Positions 1-10,939 of a stretch of DNA of 64,000 nt are shown here, piece by piece (the stretch's first letter is position 1; each line of letters starts with the position of its first letter). Made by a program: the position numbers and the translations under genes. The notes below the pieces were generated by a model. The model was not told the origin of the DNA. It was given only the letters and a program-made list of their open reading frames with translations, and did not search any database. Source of the DNA: Eutreptiella sp. 'Long Island Sound 2002' (taxonomy: Eukaryota; Protista; Euglenida); NCBI GenBank assembly GCA_964036045.1, contig OZ038379.1, positions 62,992,001 to 63,056,000 of the forward strand, given 5' to 3'.

Positions 1-1
1 G

Positions 2-3000
2 CGGGCACCCCTGCAGGATGCCGTTGGTGGCTTGCCACCACGCCCCCAGCGCCCCTGCCAGGCGGAACGCCCGCCGTAGCTGCCGATACATGGCCGCCAG
101 GGCGCGCAGCACCCCGTCGTCCATGCCCAACTCGCGGGCGATCCGCAGCACTACCGCTTGCGGGATGAGGTCAAAGCACTTGACATAATCTAGGCTCAGC
201 CCCTCCAGCCGCCATCCCTTGAGCCGGGCCAGCTCTAGGAGGGCCTGCGTGACCGTGGCCGCATCTACGGCCCCCCGCGCCAGGCGGAACCCGAAGGCCC
301 GCGGATGGACCCAGGACTCCTGCCACCGCATTACTTCCCACAGACGGGTCCCCGCCCACAGTCTGTAGACCATGGACAGGACCGTCAGCGGGCGCGTGCC
401 CAATGGCCCCTCCTCCCCTGGCTTGGGGATGAGGGAGGTGTATCCCTGGGCCAATAAGGTGGGCCACCGGCCCACCTCCTCAATCAACGTGAGGAGCTGG
501 GCCAGCCAATTCAGCACCCTGTCCGGGAGCGCCCGCAGGTCCTGCAGGCTCCACCCGTCCAGGCCCATGGCCGATGGGCGCATGGCCATGAGGCGGCGCC
601 TGAGGTACGGCCCTGTCAGCTGCTTGGCCAACATGGGTACGCGATACAGCAGGTGCCCGTACTTCGCCACGAAGGCATCTGGGCAGGGCTCCGGCCCTTC
701 CGCGTACTTGCGGTTGATGGGCCCCCACGCCGCCCGGACCAGCTCGTCCATCTCCTGGACGTTGGCCGTGGGGGTACCATCCGGCCGCGCAATAAACACC
801 ACCGGCGGTGAGAACCCCTCCTCCTTGAGCCATCGGTACACTGCACCTGGCTTGGTTCCCCACTCGGCCTGTAGCCAGGATCGCCATGCCTGCACTCGCT
901 CCCGGTCCTCCCGCTGCACCTGTGTGGCCGCCAGCCTCTTGAGCTGCTCTATGCACTCGTCCAGTGCCGCCGCGGACGGCACGGGCGCCCCGGCGTTGGC
1001 TACCGCCTGCGGCGTCAGCGGAAATCGGGCCAGTTCCGGCATCTGCAACTCGTGCAACCGCTGCACCCGCCGGCGCAGCGCGCACCAGGAGTGGGACGTG
1101 CTCTCCCCCCTCCCCCGCACCCTGTCGGCCGGCCGTTGTGGGGGGTGCGCTTGCCGCCGCAACGAGCGCGCCGCCCCCTGCGCGGCATGTATGCGGGCCA
1201 ATACCGACGTCTTCGGCCCTCCGCCTGCCCGCATCTGCTTGGGGCATTGCCGCACCTCGCGGATCAAGGCCGCCGTGCCCCGCCCCCGTGGCAGGGCCAT
1301 CGGTGCCACCGGCAGTGGGTGCGCCTGGTCGACGTCCTCGGGCTGCAGGGTGGGCACCGACAGCGCCAGGAGGGACTCCTCTGCCGCCCACGTCCAGTAG
1401 GACCACAACGCGTCCACCTCCTGCAACGCTAGCAACCGGTCCCAGTCCGGTTGCAGCGGCGCCGTCAGCCGCTCCTCCAGCTCCATCCGCAAGACTGATT
1501 CCCTCTTGGGCACCTCCACTGGCCGGGGGCGCACCGCTCGGACCAAGCGCTGCGCGGCCCGCTCCATGGCCAAGGTGAACACCACCGGGAGGTGTCCCGG
1601 GATACCCGTGCCGGGCAGCGCCGCGACGTCCGTGACCATGGCCGCCACGCGCGGGTCTGCAAGGACCCCGTCGATGCGGGTGCCCGGGTGCACCCCCTGC
1701 CTGTGGTAGGAGCACTGCAGGGGACGCCCTGCGCCTGTGGCAAAGGCGGCGTCCACGTCCACGAGCCGCTGCGTCAGCAGGTGCCCCAGGACCACTGGCG
1801 GCAATGCCCCCAGCTCCCCCAGGGGGAAATTGAAATCCCCCCCGACGACGAACGGGGCATTCCCCAGCCTTGCCGCGTACTGGAGTACGGAGTCCCACAG
1901 CCCCGCATTGAGCTCCGGGTCGCCCGGCACTCCATATACACAGAGCACATGCAGCACGGTGCTGCCCGTTTGCACGGCGACGCGCACATGCAGGAACCTC
2001 GCTGACAGCCACAGGTCCCACGCCAACGGGTCCGCCTGCCTGGTTTTCGGCAGCTTTGCCGCCTCCGCCGCGTGCCCGTCGCGCACGAGCACCGCGACGC
2101 CCCCCTCCGGAACGTCCCAGATCCCCCGTCCCCGCGTCTCCAGGGGCGCCCCCCAGAACACAACCCACCCCCGCTGGCGCAGCGCCCCCCGGAGCACCCG
2201 CTGCCCTGATGCAGACAGCTTGGTCTCCTGGACCAAAATGACGTCCACGTCCCACGACGTCACCTCATCCATGTGTAGACGCAGCGACGTCGTGTTGACG
2301 ATGGCCGTCCGCAGCGGCCCCGGGTGGGGGTGGACGTCGCCACTCAGCAGCGTTTTCAGCCCCGCGGCGTCACGCGCACGGTATACCCTGTCCGCCCCAC
2401 ACCCCCCTGTGCAGGTCGGGGCAGGGGCCTGCCCAGACCGTACCCCCGCAACGGTCAGGGCTGGGGTCTGCCAAGACTGGACCCCTGCCCTGGCCAGGGT
2501 CGGGGCCTGCCAAGACTGGGCCCCGGTACAGTGCACTGCGAGGGCCGGGCGGAGCTGGAGCTGGTGCTGCCCCTCCCCCCCCCTCCAGGTCAGCGTCAGG
2601 GCCTGAGACCGGGACCTGGGGCTGGTCCCTGCCAGGGCCTGACAGGACTGGACCCCTCTATCGTCCTGGGCCACAACCTGCCCAGGCTGGACCCCTGTTC
2701 TGTCGTGCACACAGTGCCGCGCCATCAGGGCCTGGCAGGACTGGGCCCTGGCGCTGGCCAGCGCTGGGGCCTGACAAGACTGGGCCCCTGTCGAGATCAG
2801 TCCCAGTCCCTGTCCCGGCTGGACCCCCCTGCTGACGCGTGCACGTTGATTTGCCACCAGGGCCTGGCAAGACTGGGCCCTGGTGTGATTCAATGCTGGG
2901 GCCTGACAAGTCTGGACCCCTGGATAGGTTAGAACCGGGGCCCGTGCAGGCTGCACCCCCCTGCAGGCGTGCGCAAATTGGAGCGCCAGCAGGGCCTGAC

Positions 3001-3637
3001 AAAACTGGACCCTGTCGCCCAAGAGCGGGGCCTCTGCCACTGCCAGCGTCCACACAGAGGCTGGCCGTGCAGCCCACAGCCACAGGTCACCGAGACCCAC
3101 CATCAGGAGGGCCAGAAGGGTCAGCGTGGCCAGGGTCAGTGGCGGCACCCTCCCCAAGTTGGGTCCCGGGTTAGGCTCCACGTCCCCGCACTCCAACAGG
3201 GCCTTGCCCGAGCCCCCTTGGGTGAGCGACGGCCCGCTGATGCGCACCCTGCGCACCCCATAGTCTGGCAGCCGCCCCCGCGACCGAAGGGGCCACGGGA
3301 CCCAGGCCCGCGGCGCCCACCTCCCCCCCCCGCGCAGCTCGAGCAGGGCTACAGGAGGTCCGGGCGCTGTGCGAGGGCGGCGTCGCTGACTCCCTCCATA
3401 GGTGCTGCCCCCGCCGCAGCGGCGTCTTCCTCGCCACCCCCCTCCTGTCCCGTCTGCTCTGAGGGGGGCGGGGGACCCTGCACCCTGTGGAACCTCCCGA
3501 GGCGCTGAACTCGCTGGGGGGGGCGCTGCATCCCCCTGACCTCCCACACCCGGTCGCGGCCCCTGGAGTCCGACGAGGGTATCCAGACCCCTGGCCAGCC
3601 CTCTGGGACCCCTGTCAGAGTGAGGTCCCAGCGCGGT
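2..3637 (-). CDS. Partial polyprotein: N-terminal segment - 2A (GDVEPNPGP) - 282-aa hydrophobic/repeat protein - 2A-like (GDVHPHPGP) - APE endonuclease - reverse transcriptase
   Basis: Translated by hand. The + strand ORFs 372..1400, 1506..1709 and 1737..2606 are antisense shadows in a consistent register. No ATG was seen upstream of the first 2A, so the true start is uncertain. Confidence 0.85.
2315..2341 (-). other. Second 2A-like motif, RVYRARDAAGLKTLLSGDVHPHPGP, immediately before APE
   Basis: Same position and similar context as the L1Tc N-terminal 2A (..KLLLSGDIEQNPGP), but with E->H and N->H deviations. Confidence 0.7.
2420..3015. repeat. Coding minisatellite, ~11 copies of GGGCCTG(A/G)CAAGACTGG(A/G)CCCC (peptide G(V/A)QSCQA) between the two 2A motifs
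   Basis: Recurrent unit, often ~39 bp apart, visible at 2424, 2463, 2502, 2635, 2728, 2767, 2860, 2898 and 2990. Confidence 0.8.
3161..3187 (-). other. 2A/StopGo ribosomal skipping motif, KALLECGDVEPNPGP
   Basis: ggg gac gtg gag cct aac ccg gga ccc matches the consensus D(V/I)ExNPGP and is in frame with APE-RT. Confidence 0.85.
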
Positions 3638-3734
3638 TCATTCTGGGTAGGTTGCAGGATGTAGAATGCCCCAAAGCAGATAAAGGGGCTGCTTCAGGTT
3701 TCATTGGCAATGCCGCCCTCCCTCCTCTTAGTAT

Positions 3735-5400
3735 TGTGGTGTGTGGGGGTGGGCTGTGGTGTGTGGAGGTGTCCTGTGTGGGATTGTGGGGTGTGGGGGT
3801 GTGGGTTTCAGGGCTCTGGTGTGCGGAGGTGTGATGTTTGGGGCTCTGGGGTGTGGGGTTGTGCCCCCCCCCCCGAAAAGCACCATCAAATTTGTGTCTA
3901 AGCCCCGCAGTATGCAACCCCCACACACCCCTAAAGCCCCCCCCCCCCCCCCCCGGAAGTCTCCCGCCCCCCCTGGGTGCTTGAAATGGTGAGGCCTAAC
4001 AAGCACGCATGCCCCGTGGTGTGTGTGGTGGTGTGTTATGCACCTTTTTTCACGTTAATTTTTGTGTCGCTTTCGTTAATTTTCGAGATTAATATTAACG
4101 CTCGCGTCGATTAATAATGAATATATTAATTAATTTTTGGCGCGATAATATTAATTTCTAGAAATTAGTTCAGCGGGTCCAAAAAGAACTTTTGGTCTTT
4201 TGTGTCTTTTTCGGACTGCACACCCCCAACATCCCATAGCCCCACACGACAAACCCCAGACCCCCACAGCAGCACCCCCCACAGCGCCAAGCACCGCAGC
4301 CCAAAAGGGCACCGTGCCCGGCATACCATGACCCCACAGCCCAAAAACCCACAGCCCCAAACCCAACAGCCACAAGCACCACAATCAAAATTGTGACAGC
4401 ACGGCACGCCACAGCCCCACACCCTACAACCCAGCAAACCATAGCCCAGCACACCACAACACCCCACCCCACAGCCCCATGCCCGACTGCCCCACACAGC
4501 AAAACCGCACACACAGCCCCATGCACCACAACCCTGCACACCACACCCCCAAACGAACCGCCTAACATCCCACAGCCCCACACCACGCAACTCGACACCC
4601 CACAGGCCCACACCCCACAAGCCCAAGCACCACAGCCCCAAACATGCCACAGCCCCACACCCTGCAGCCCAACACACCACAGCCCTACACCCCACAGGGC
4701 CACACCGCACAGCACACACGCCACAGCCCCACACACCACAACCCCACACACCACGGCCCCACACAGCCAAGCCCTGTACACTACATCGCCACACCCCACA
4801 ACCCTACACACCCTAGCCGGACACCCCAAAGGCCCACAACCCACAAGCGCACACACCAAAGCCCCACATTACCCCCATTGTTTCTTTTTAATTTTTAGAC
4901 CGCCGGTGTTAATTTCTCGAGATTAATATTTAATCTATGGACCAGCGTTCCAAATATTACAAATTAACCGATACCATTAACTTTCCGGAAATTAAAAGTC
5001 GTCCAAAAAATTATCTATGCCCCCCAGTCTCTCATGCACTAATTTTGTGCACCCACAATGCACCACACCCCACCACACGGCTGCAATGCACCCCCACAGC
5101 ACGCCCCCTCCCCCCCCATGCAACACCCCTACACACCACAGCACCTGACACCAAACCCCACACATGTCCACCACACCCATATACCACAGCCGTACCCACC
5201 ACAACCCCACACCACAGCCCCACAGACCACAGCCCTAGAAACCTCAGCCCCACACACAAGAATCCAAGAAACCACTCCCCCACACAGCACAGCCACCCCA
5301 CACCCCACAGCCCTAGACACCACACCGAGACGTACTATAGGCCCACACACAAAAGCCCCACGAACCCACACACCCACAAACCACAGACCTAGGAACCATA
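3735..5400. repeat. GT-rich / CA-rich low-complexity arms with TTAAT/ATTAA motif clusters (4050-4170, 4905-5000); probable DNA-transposon remnant
   Basis: A GT-rich tract at 3735-4040 is followed by CA-rich tracts at 4210-4880 and 5050-5400, with AT-rich TTAATATTAA-type clusters between them. Confidence 0.55.
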
Positions 5401-5409
5401 ACCCAGACC

Positions 5410-5411
<2 letters not shown>

Positions 5412-5502
<91 letters not shown>

Positions 5503-6086
5503 TGTATGTGTCTGCGTGTGCATCTGCGTCTGCGTCGGCGTCGGCGTCCCTGCGTGCCAGCGTGTCTGCGTGCCTGCGTGCCTGCATGCCTGCGTGCCTG
5601 CGTGCCTGAGTGCCTGCGTGCCTGCGGGCCTGCGTGCCTGCGTGCCTGCATGCCTACGTGCCTGCGTGCCTGCGTGCGTACCTGCGTGCATGCGTGCGTG
5701 CGTGCCTGCGTGCCTGCGTGCGTGCCTGCCTGCCTGCCTGCGTGCGTGTGTGCCTGCCTGCCTGCGTGCGTGCTTGCGTACGTGCCTGTGTGCCTGCGTG
5801 CCTGCGTGCCTGCATGCCTGCGTGCGTGCGTGCGCGCGTGCGTGCAGGCGTGCGTGCGTGCGTGCGTGTGTGCGTGCGTGCGTGCGTGCGTGCATGCGTG
5901 CATGCGTGCCCGCGTTCCTGCGTGCATGTGTGCCTGCGTGCCTGCGTGCCTGCGTGCCTGCATGCCTGCGTGCGTGCATGCGTGCCTGCCTCCCTGCGTG
6001 CCTGTGTGCGTGCCTGCGTGCTTGCATGCCTACGTGGCTACGTGCCTGCGTGCCTGCGTGCCTGCGTGCGTGCCTGCTTGCCTGCC

Positions 6087-6122
<36 letters not shown>

Positions 6123-6690
6123 TACGTGCCTGCGTGCCTGTGTGCTTGCGTGCGTGCGTGCCTACGTGCCTACGTGCGTGTGTGCGTGCGTGCGTGCACG
6201 CGTGCGTGGGTGCGTGCATACCCGCGTGCGTGCGTGCGTGCCTGCGTGCCTGCGTGCCTGCGTGCCTGCGTGCGTGCCTGCGTGCCTGCGTGCCTGCGTG
6301 CGTGCCTGCGTGCGTGCATGCGTGCCTGCGTGCGTACCTGCGTGCCTGCGTGCGTGCGTGCCTGCGTCCCTGCGTGCCTGCGTGGCTGCATGCCTACGTG
6401 CCTGCGTGCGTGCCTGCGTGCCTGCGCGCGTGCGTGAGTGCGTGCCTGCGTGCCTGCGTGCGTGTGTGCGTGTGTGCGTGCCTGCGTGCGTGCGTGCGTG
6501 CGTGCGTGGGTGCCTGCGTGCGTGGATGCATGCGTGCCTACGTGCCTGTGTGCCTGCGTGCCTGCGTGCCTGCGTGCCTGCGTGCGTGCCTGTGTGCCTG
6601 CGTGCTTGCGTGCTTGCGTACCTACGTGCCTGCGTGCGTGCGTGCGTGCCTGCGTGCTTGCGTGCCTGCGTGCCTGCGTGCCTGTGTTCG

Positions 6691-6721
<31 letters not shown>

Positions 6722-6795
6722 CTGCGTGCGTGCGTGCGTGTGTGCGTGCCTGCGTGCGTGCGTGCGTGCGTGCTTGCGTGTGTGTGTGTGTGTGT
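5412..6795. repeat. (TG)n followed by a long (GCGT/GCCT)n microsatellite
   Basis: Direct inspection; this tract is the source of the RACVP/HAR-rich spurious ORFs. Confidence 0.97.
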
Positions 6796-8181
6796 GCGGA
6801 AAAAGGGGAAAGGAAGATATCCATTTTGGCAAGGCACGACAATTATGCATGCCCCCTAGCATGTTTGGCTTGTTGTTGTGCATTTTTATGGGGGGTTAAG
6901 ATTTGGACAATAGGGTTATTATTTGGGAGATGAATATTAATGCTGGCGACTGGTTATTTTTAACTTTTCAAATATTAATCCGAAAATGAAAAACAAAAAT
7001 TAAAGCCGGGAGCCGTTTTAACATTTTGAAACAACCACATGGGTAGGACCCCCCGACCAACCCCCGGGGCAAAAAGAGACCCAAGCCCGTAACCCGTAAC
7101 CCATGGGCGTCATAATTTTCACGGCAAACCCCCTAACCCCCCCTAAAAAAAAAATTGAAACTCGACATTAACGTGAGATTTTTGGCCAGGTATTAAATAT
7201 ACTGGGTTTAATTTGGGCTAGGGTATCAACAATGGGGATGTGCAACAGCTTTGCCTGCCTCATTGGTTGTACGCGCTGGTGCGCTGGTGGTCGCTGACAT
7301 CACTCGAACCTTGAAATCAGGCAGCAAGGTCCTCTGTCTCCGCAGCAGGAACCACAAGAATGGAATTTGGGTTAGAATCCACTGGGTCTGTGGATGGGCC
7401 CCACATCAGATTTCCCCTTACCCTTCCCCTTGACCTTGAGATCTTTACGCCAACGGCACAGGATTTGAATTTGGACCGGCTCTTCAAACCCATTGTAGGC
7501 CAACTGTGGAAAGCTACCACCTCAAGTGGGTTCCATTGACGTATACCACGCTTTCAGCCACAAGTCCCGCACACACAAACCAGATCGGTTTTGGCTCTTG
7601 CACCAAAAAAATGCATTTAACCAAATTGGTTGCTGGGTGCATATATAACGTGCGGCCGCATGCTTCGTGACAAGTCATCAAGCGCCGTAATAGGCGCTAT
7701 ACGACTGTGTGCCATATTGCATTGGCAGCAACCATGCAAGCCTGCAAAACAAGGTTGCGATCTACAGGGGCCCAAATTTTGGCATTGGGGATCTTCTTTT
7801 TCTTACTCAAAATATTTTCATACAGCTCATGTTTCAAACTTTCACCAATACTGGCTTCTTGCCTAGTACTAGTGACGGGGGCATATTTTTTGGCCACCTG
7901 AAGATCCCGTTCCCCTGCCTCATCATAATATAGCAAGGGGGTCCGCGGGTTAAACCAAGTGGGGGACACCAATGCATATATACCCTAGGTACGTGTAAGA
8001 AAAGTAGTATTGTTCATAATAGATTGTTCATATATCAACGATTCATATATGAACCATGCATTATGAACAGCTTTTATGAACGCTTGTTTTGTCCACATAT
8101 TTTGTGACGTCTTACCCTCCCTCCGTCTTCATGGCGCTGAACATGATGGTTGTTCGGCTTGGTTGTGCGTGCGTGCGTGTG

Positions 8182-8251
<70 letters not shown>

Positions 8252-10740
8252 GAAAAAGGGGAAAGGGAGATATCCATTTTGGCAAGGCACGACAATTATG
8301 CATGCCCCCTAGCATGTTTGGCTTGTTGTTGTGCATTTTTAAGGGGGGTTAAGATTCGGAGAAGAGGGACAACATTTGAGAGTTTAAAGTTAATGCTGGC
8401 GACTCATTAATTTTTAACTTTTCAAACATTAATCCAAAAATGAAAAACAAAAAATAAAGCCGAGAGCCGTTTCAACATTTTGAAACAACCACATGGGTAG
8501 GACCCCCCGACCAACCCCCGGGGCAAAAAGACACCCAAGCCCGTAAGGCAACCCATGGGGGTCATAATTTTCACGGCGAACCCCCTAACCCCCCCTAAAA
8601 AACAAGTGAAACTTGAGCATAACGTGTTAATTTTTCGCCACGTATTAAATATATTGGGTTTAATTTGGGCTAGGGTGTCAACAATGGGGATGCGCAACAG
8701 CTTTGCTTGCCTCATCGGTTGTACGCGCTGGTGCGCTGGTGGTCGCTGACATCACTCGAACCTTGAAATCAGGCAGCACGGTCCTATGCCTCCGTAGCAG
8801 GAACCACAAGAACGGAATTTGGGTTAGAATCCACGGGTCTGTGGATGGGCCCCACATCAGATTTCCCCTTACCCTTTCCCTTGCCCTTGAGATCTTTACG
8901 CCAACGGCACAGTATTTTAACTTGGACCAGCTCTTCAAACCCATTGTAGGCCAATTGTGGAAAGCTACCACCTCAAGTGGGTTCCATTGGCGTATACCAC
9001 GCTTTCAGCCACAAGTCGCACACACACAAACCAGATTGTTTTCGGCTCTTGCATCAAAAAAAATGCATTTAACCAAATTGGTTGCTGGGTGCATACATAA
9101 CGTGCGGCCGCATGCTTCGTGACAAGTCATAAAGCGCCGCAATAGGCGCTGGAAGACTGTGTGCCATATTTCATTGGCAGCAACCATGCAAGCCTGCAAA
9201 ACAAGGTTGCCATCTATAGGGGCCCAAATTTTGGCATTGGGGATCTTCTTTTTCTTACTCAAAATATTTTCATACAACTCATGCGTCAAACTTTCACTAA
9301 TACTGGTATCTTGCCTACTACTAGTGACGGGGGCATATCTTTTGGCCACCTGAGGATCCCGTTCCCCTGCCTCATCATAATATAGCATGGGGGTCCGCGG
9401 GTTAAACCAAGTGGGGGACACCAATGCATATATACCCTAGGTACCTGTAGGAAAAGTAGTATTGTTCATAATTCATTGTTCATATATCAACGATGCATAT
9501 ATGAACCATGCATTATGAACAGCTTTTATGAACGCTTGTTTTGTCCACATATTTTGTGACGTCCTACCCTCCCTCCGTCTTCATGGAGCTGAACATGATG
9601 CTTGTTCGGCTCGGTTGTGCGTGCGTGCGTGTGTGCGTGCGTGCGTGCGTGCGTACGGGCGGGCGGGCGTGCGTGCGTGCGTGCGTGCGTGCGTACGTGC
9701 GTGCGTGCGTGCGTGCGTGCGTGTGTGTGTGTGTGTGTCTGTGCGGAAAAGGGGGAAAGGGAGATATCCATTTTGGCAAGGCACGACAATTATGCATGCC
9801 CCCTAGCATGTTTGGCTTGTTGTTGTGCATTTTTATGGGGGGTTAAGATTTGGAGAATAGGGTTAACATTTGGGAGATTAACATTAATGCTGGCGACTCA
9901 TTAATTTTTAACTTTTCAAATATTAATCCAAAAATGAAAAACAAAAATTAAAGCCAAGAGCCGTTTTAATATTTTGAAACAACCACATGGGTAGGACCCC
10001 CCCACCAACCCCCGGGGCAAAAAGACACCCAAGCCCGTAAGGATTTGAATTTGGACAGGCTCTTCAAACCCATTGTAGGCCAACTGTGGAAAGCTACCAC
10101 CTCAAGTGGGTTCCATTGACGTATACCACGGTTTCAGCCACAAGTCCCACACACACAAACCAGATCGGTTTTGGCTCTTGCACCAAAAAAATGCATTTAA
10201 CCAAATTGGTTGCTGGGTGCATATATAACGTGCGGCCGCATGCTTCGTGACAAGTCATCAAGCGCTGTAACAGGCGCTGGAAGACTGTGTGCCATATTGC
10301 ATGGGCAGCAACCATGCAAGCCTGCAAAACAAGGTTGCGATCTGCAGGGGCCCAAATTTTGGCATTGGGGGTCTTCTTTTTCTTACTGAAAATATTTTCA
10401 TACAGCTCATGCTTCAAACTTTCACTAATATTGGCATCTTGCCTCGTACTAGTGACGGGGGCATATATTTTGGCCACCTGAAGATCCCGTTCCCCTGCAA
10501 TATCATAATATAGCATGGGGGTCCGCGGGTTAAACCATGTGGGGGACACCACTGCATATATACCCTCGGTACGGGTAAGAAAAGTAGTATTGTTCATAAT
10601 AGATTTTTCATATATCAACGATTCATATGTGAACCATGCATTATGAACGACTTGTATGAACGCTTCTTTGTCCACACTTTTTGTGATGTGATAACCTCCC
10701 TCCGTCTTCATGGAGCTTAACATGATGCTTGTTCGGCTCA
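6796..10740. repeat. Tandem triplication of a ~1.45-1.49 kb unit (starts 6796, 8249, 9743); third copy has a ~370-bp internal deletion at ~10040
   Basis: Each copy starts GCGGAAAA(A/G)GGGGAAAGG(A/G)AGATATCC directly after a (GCGT)n(GT)n tract, and the bodies are near-identical. Confidence 0.95.
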
Positions 10741-10790
10741 GTCGTGCCACCAGTCTTCGGGACAGCAAGTGTTCCGACCTGTTGGCCCAA
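10094..10790 (-). pseudogene. Decayed intron-containing gene with a Cys/His-rich (PHD-like?) segment, amplified in the tandem units; probably an accessory gene of the 11-kb transposon
   Basis: Conserved reading frame VSPTWFNPRTP(M/L)LYYD.AGERD...TCHEACGRTL.MHPATNLVKC in all three copies. A GT-AG intron containing the TTCATA/TATGAA array is at 7985-8115 in copy 1. Confidence 0.5.
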
Positions 10791-10939
10791 TGGATGTCAT
10801 CGTCCCCCCTCATCCGGGCCCTTTTTACGGCGGTCCACAAAACCAAGGTGCAGGCGATCCATACGTAGGCAGAGGCCCTCTTTTCCACACCCTATCTGAT
10901 AGGGCTCCTTTTGGAGTTGTGTGCACCCTGGTCCGCCTT

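Larger units (their letters stand above)
1..3730 (-). mobile_element. Non-LTR retrotransposon (APE-RT, Ingi/L1Tc-like), 3' part beyond window edge
   Basis: One minus frame is open from ~3637 to position 2 by my manual translation. It contains APE motifs (TAIVNTTSL..DVILVQET, LCVYG, VVGGDFN) and RT motifs (GLDGW, LIPKP..RPLTVLS, LDYVKCFD, GILQGCP). The 5' boundary near 3730 is approximate. Confidence 0.92.

Noticed and set aside
372-2606. Plus-strand ORFs 372..1400 and 1737..2606, and minus ORF 480..2255
   Set aside because: These are antisense or off-frame shadows of the GC-rich LINE ORF; the real frame carries the APE/RT motifs.
5058-6933. Long ORFs rich in RACVP / HARTHA / THTH
   Set aside because: They are translations of (TG)n and (GCGT/GCCT)n microsatellites, open in most frames on both strands.
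10094-10888. 264-aa ORF read as a secreted glycosyltransferase-like protein
   Set aside because: The middle of the ORF translates a TTCATA/TATGAA array that has GT-AG borders in the other tandem copies, and the N-terminal frame does not match the spliced phase.
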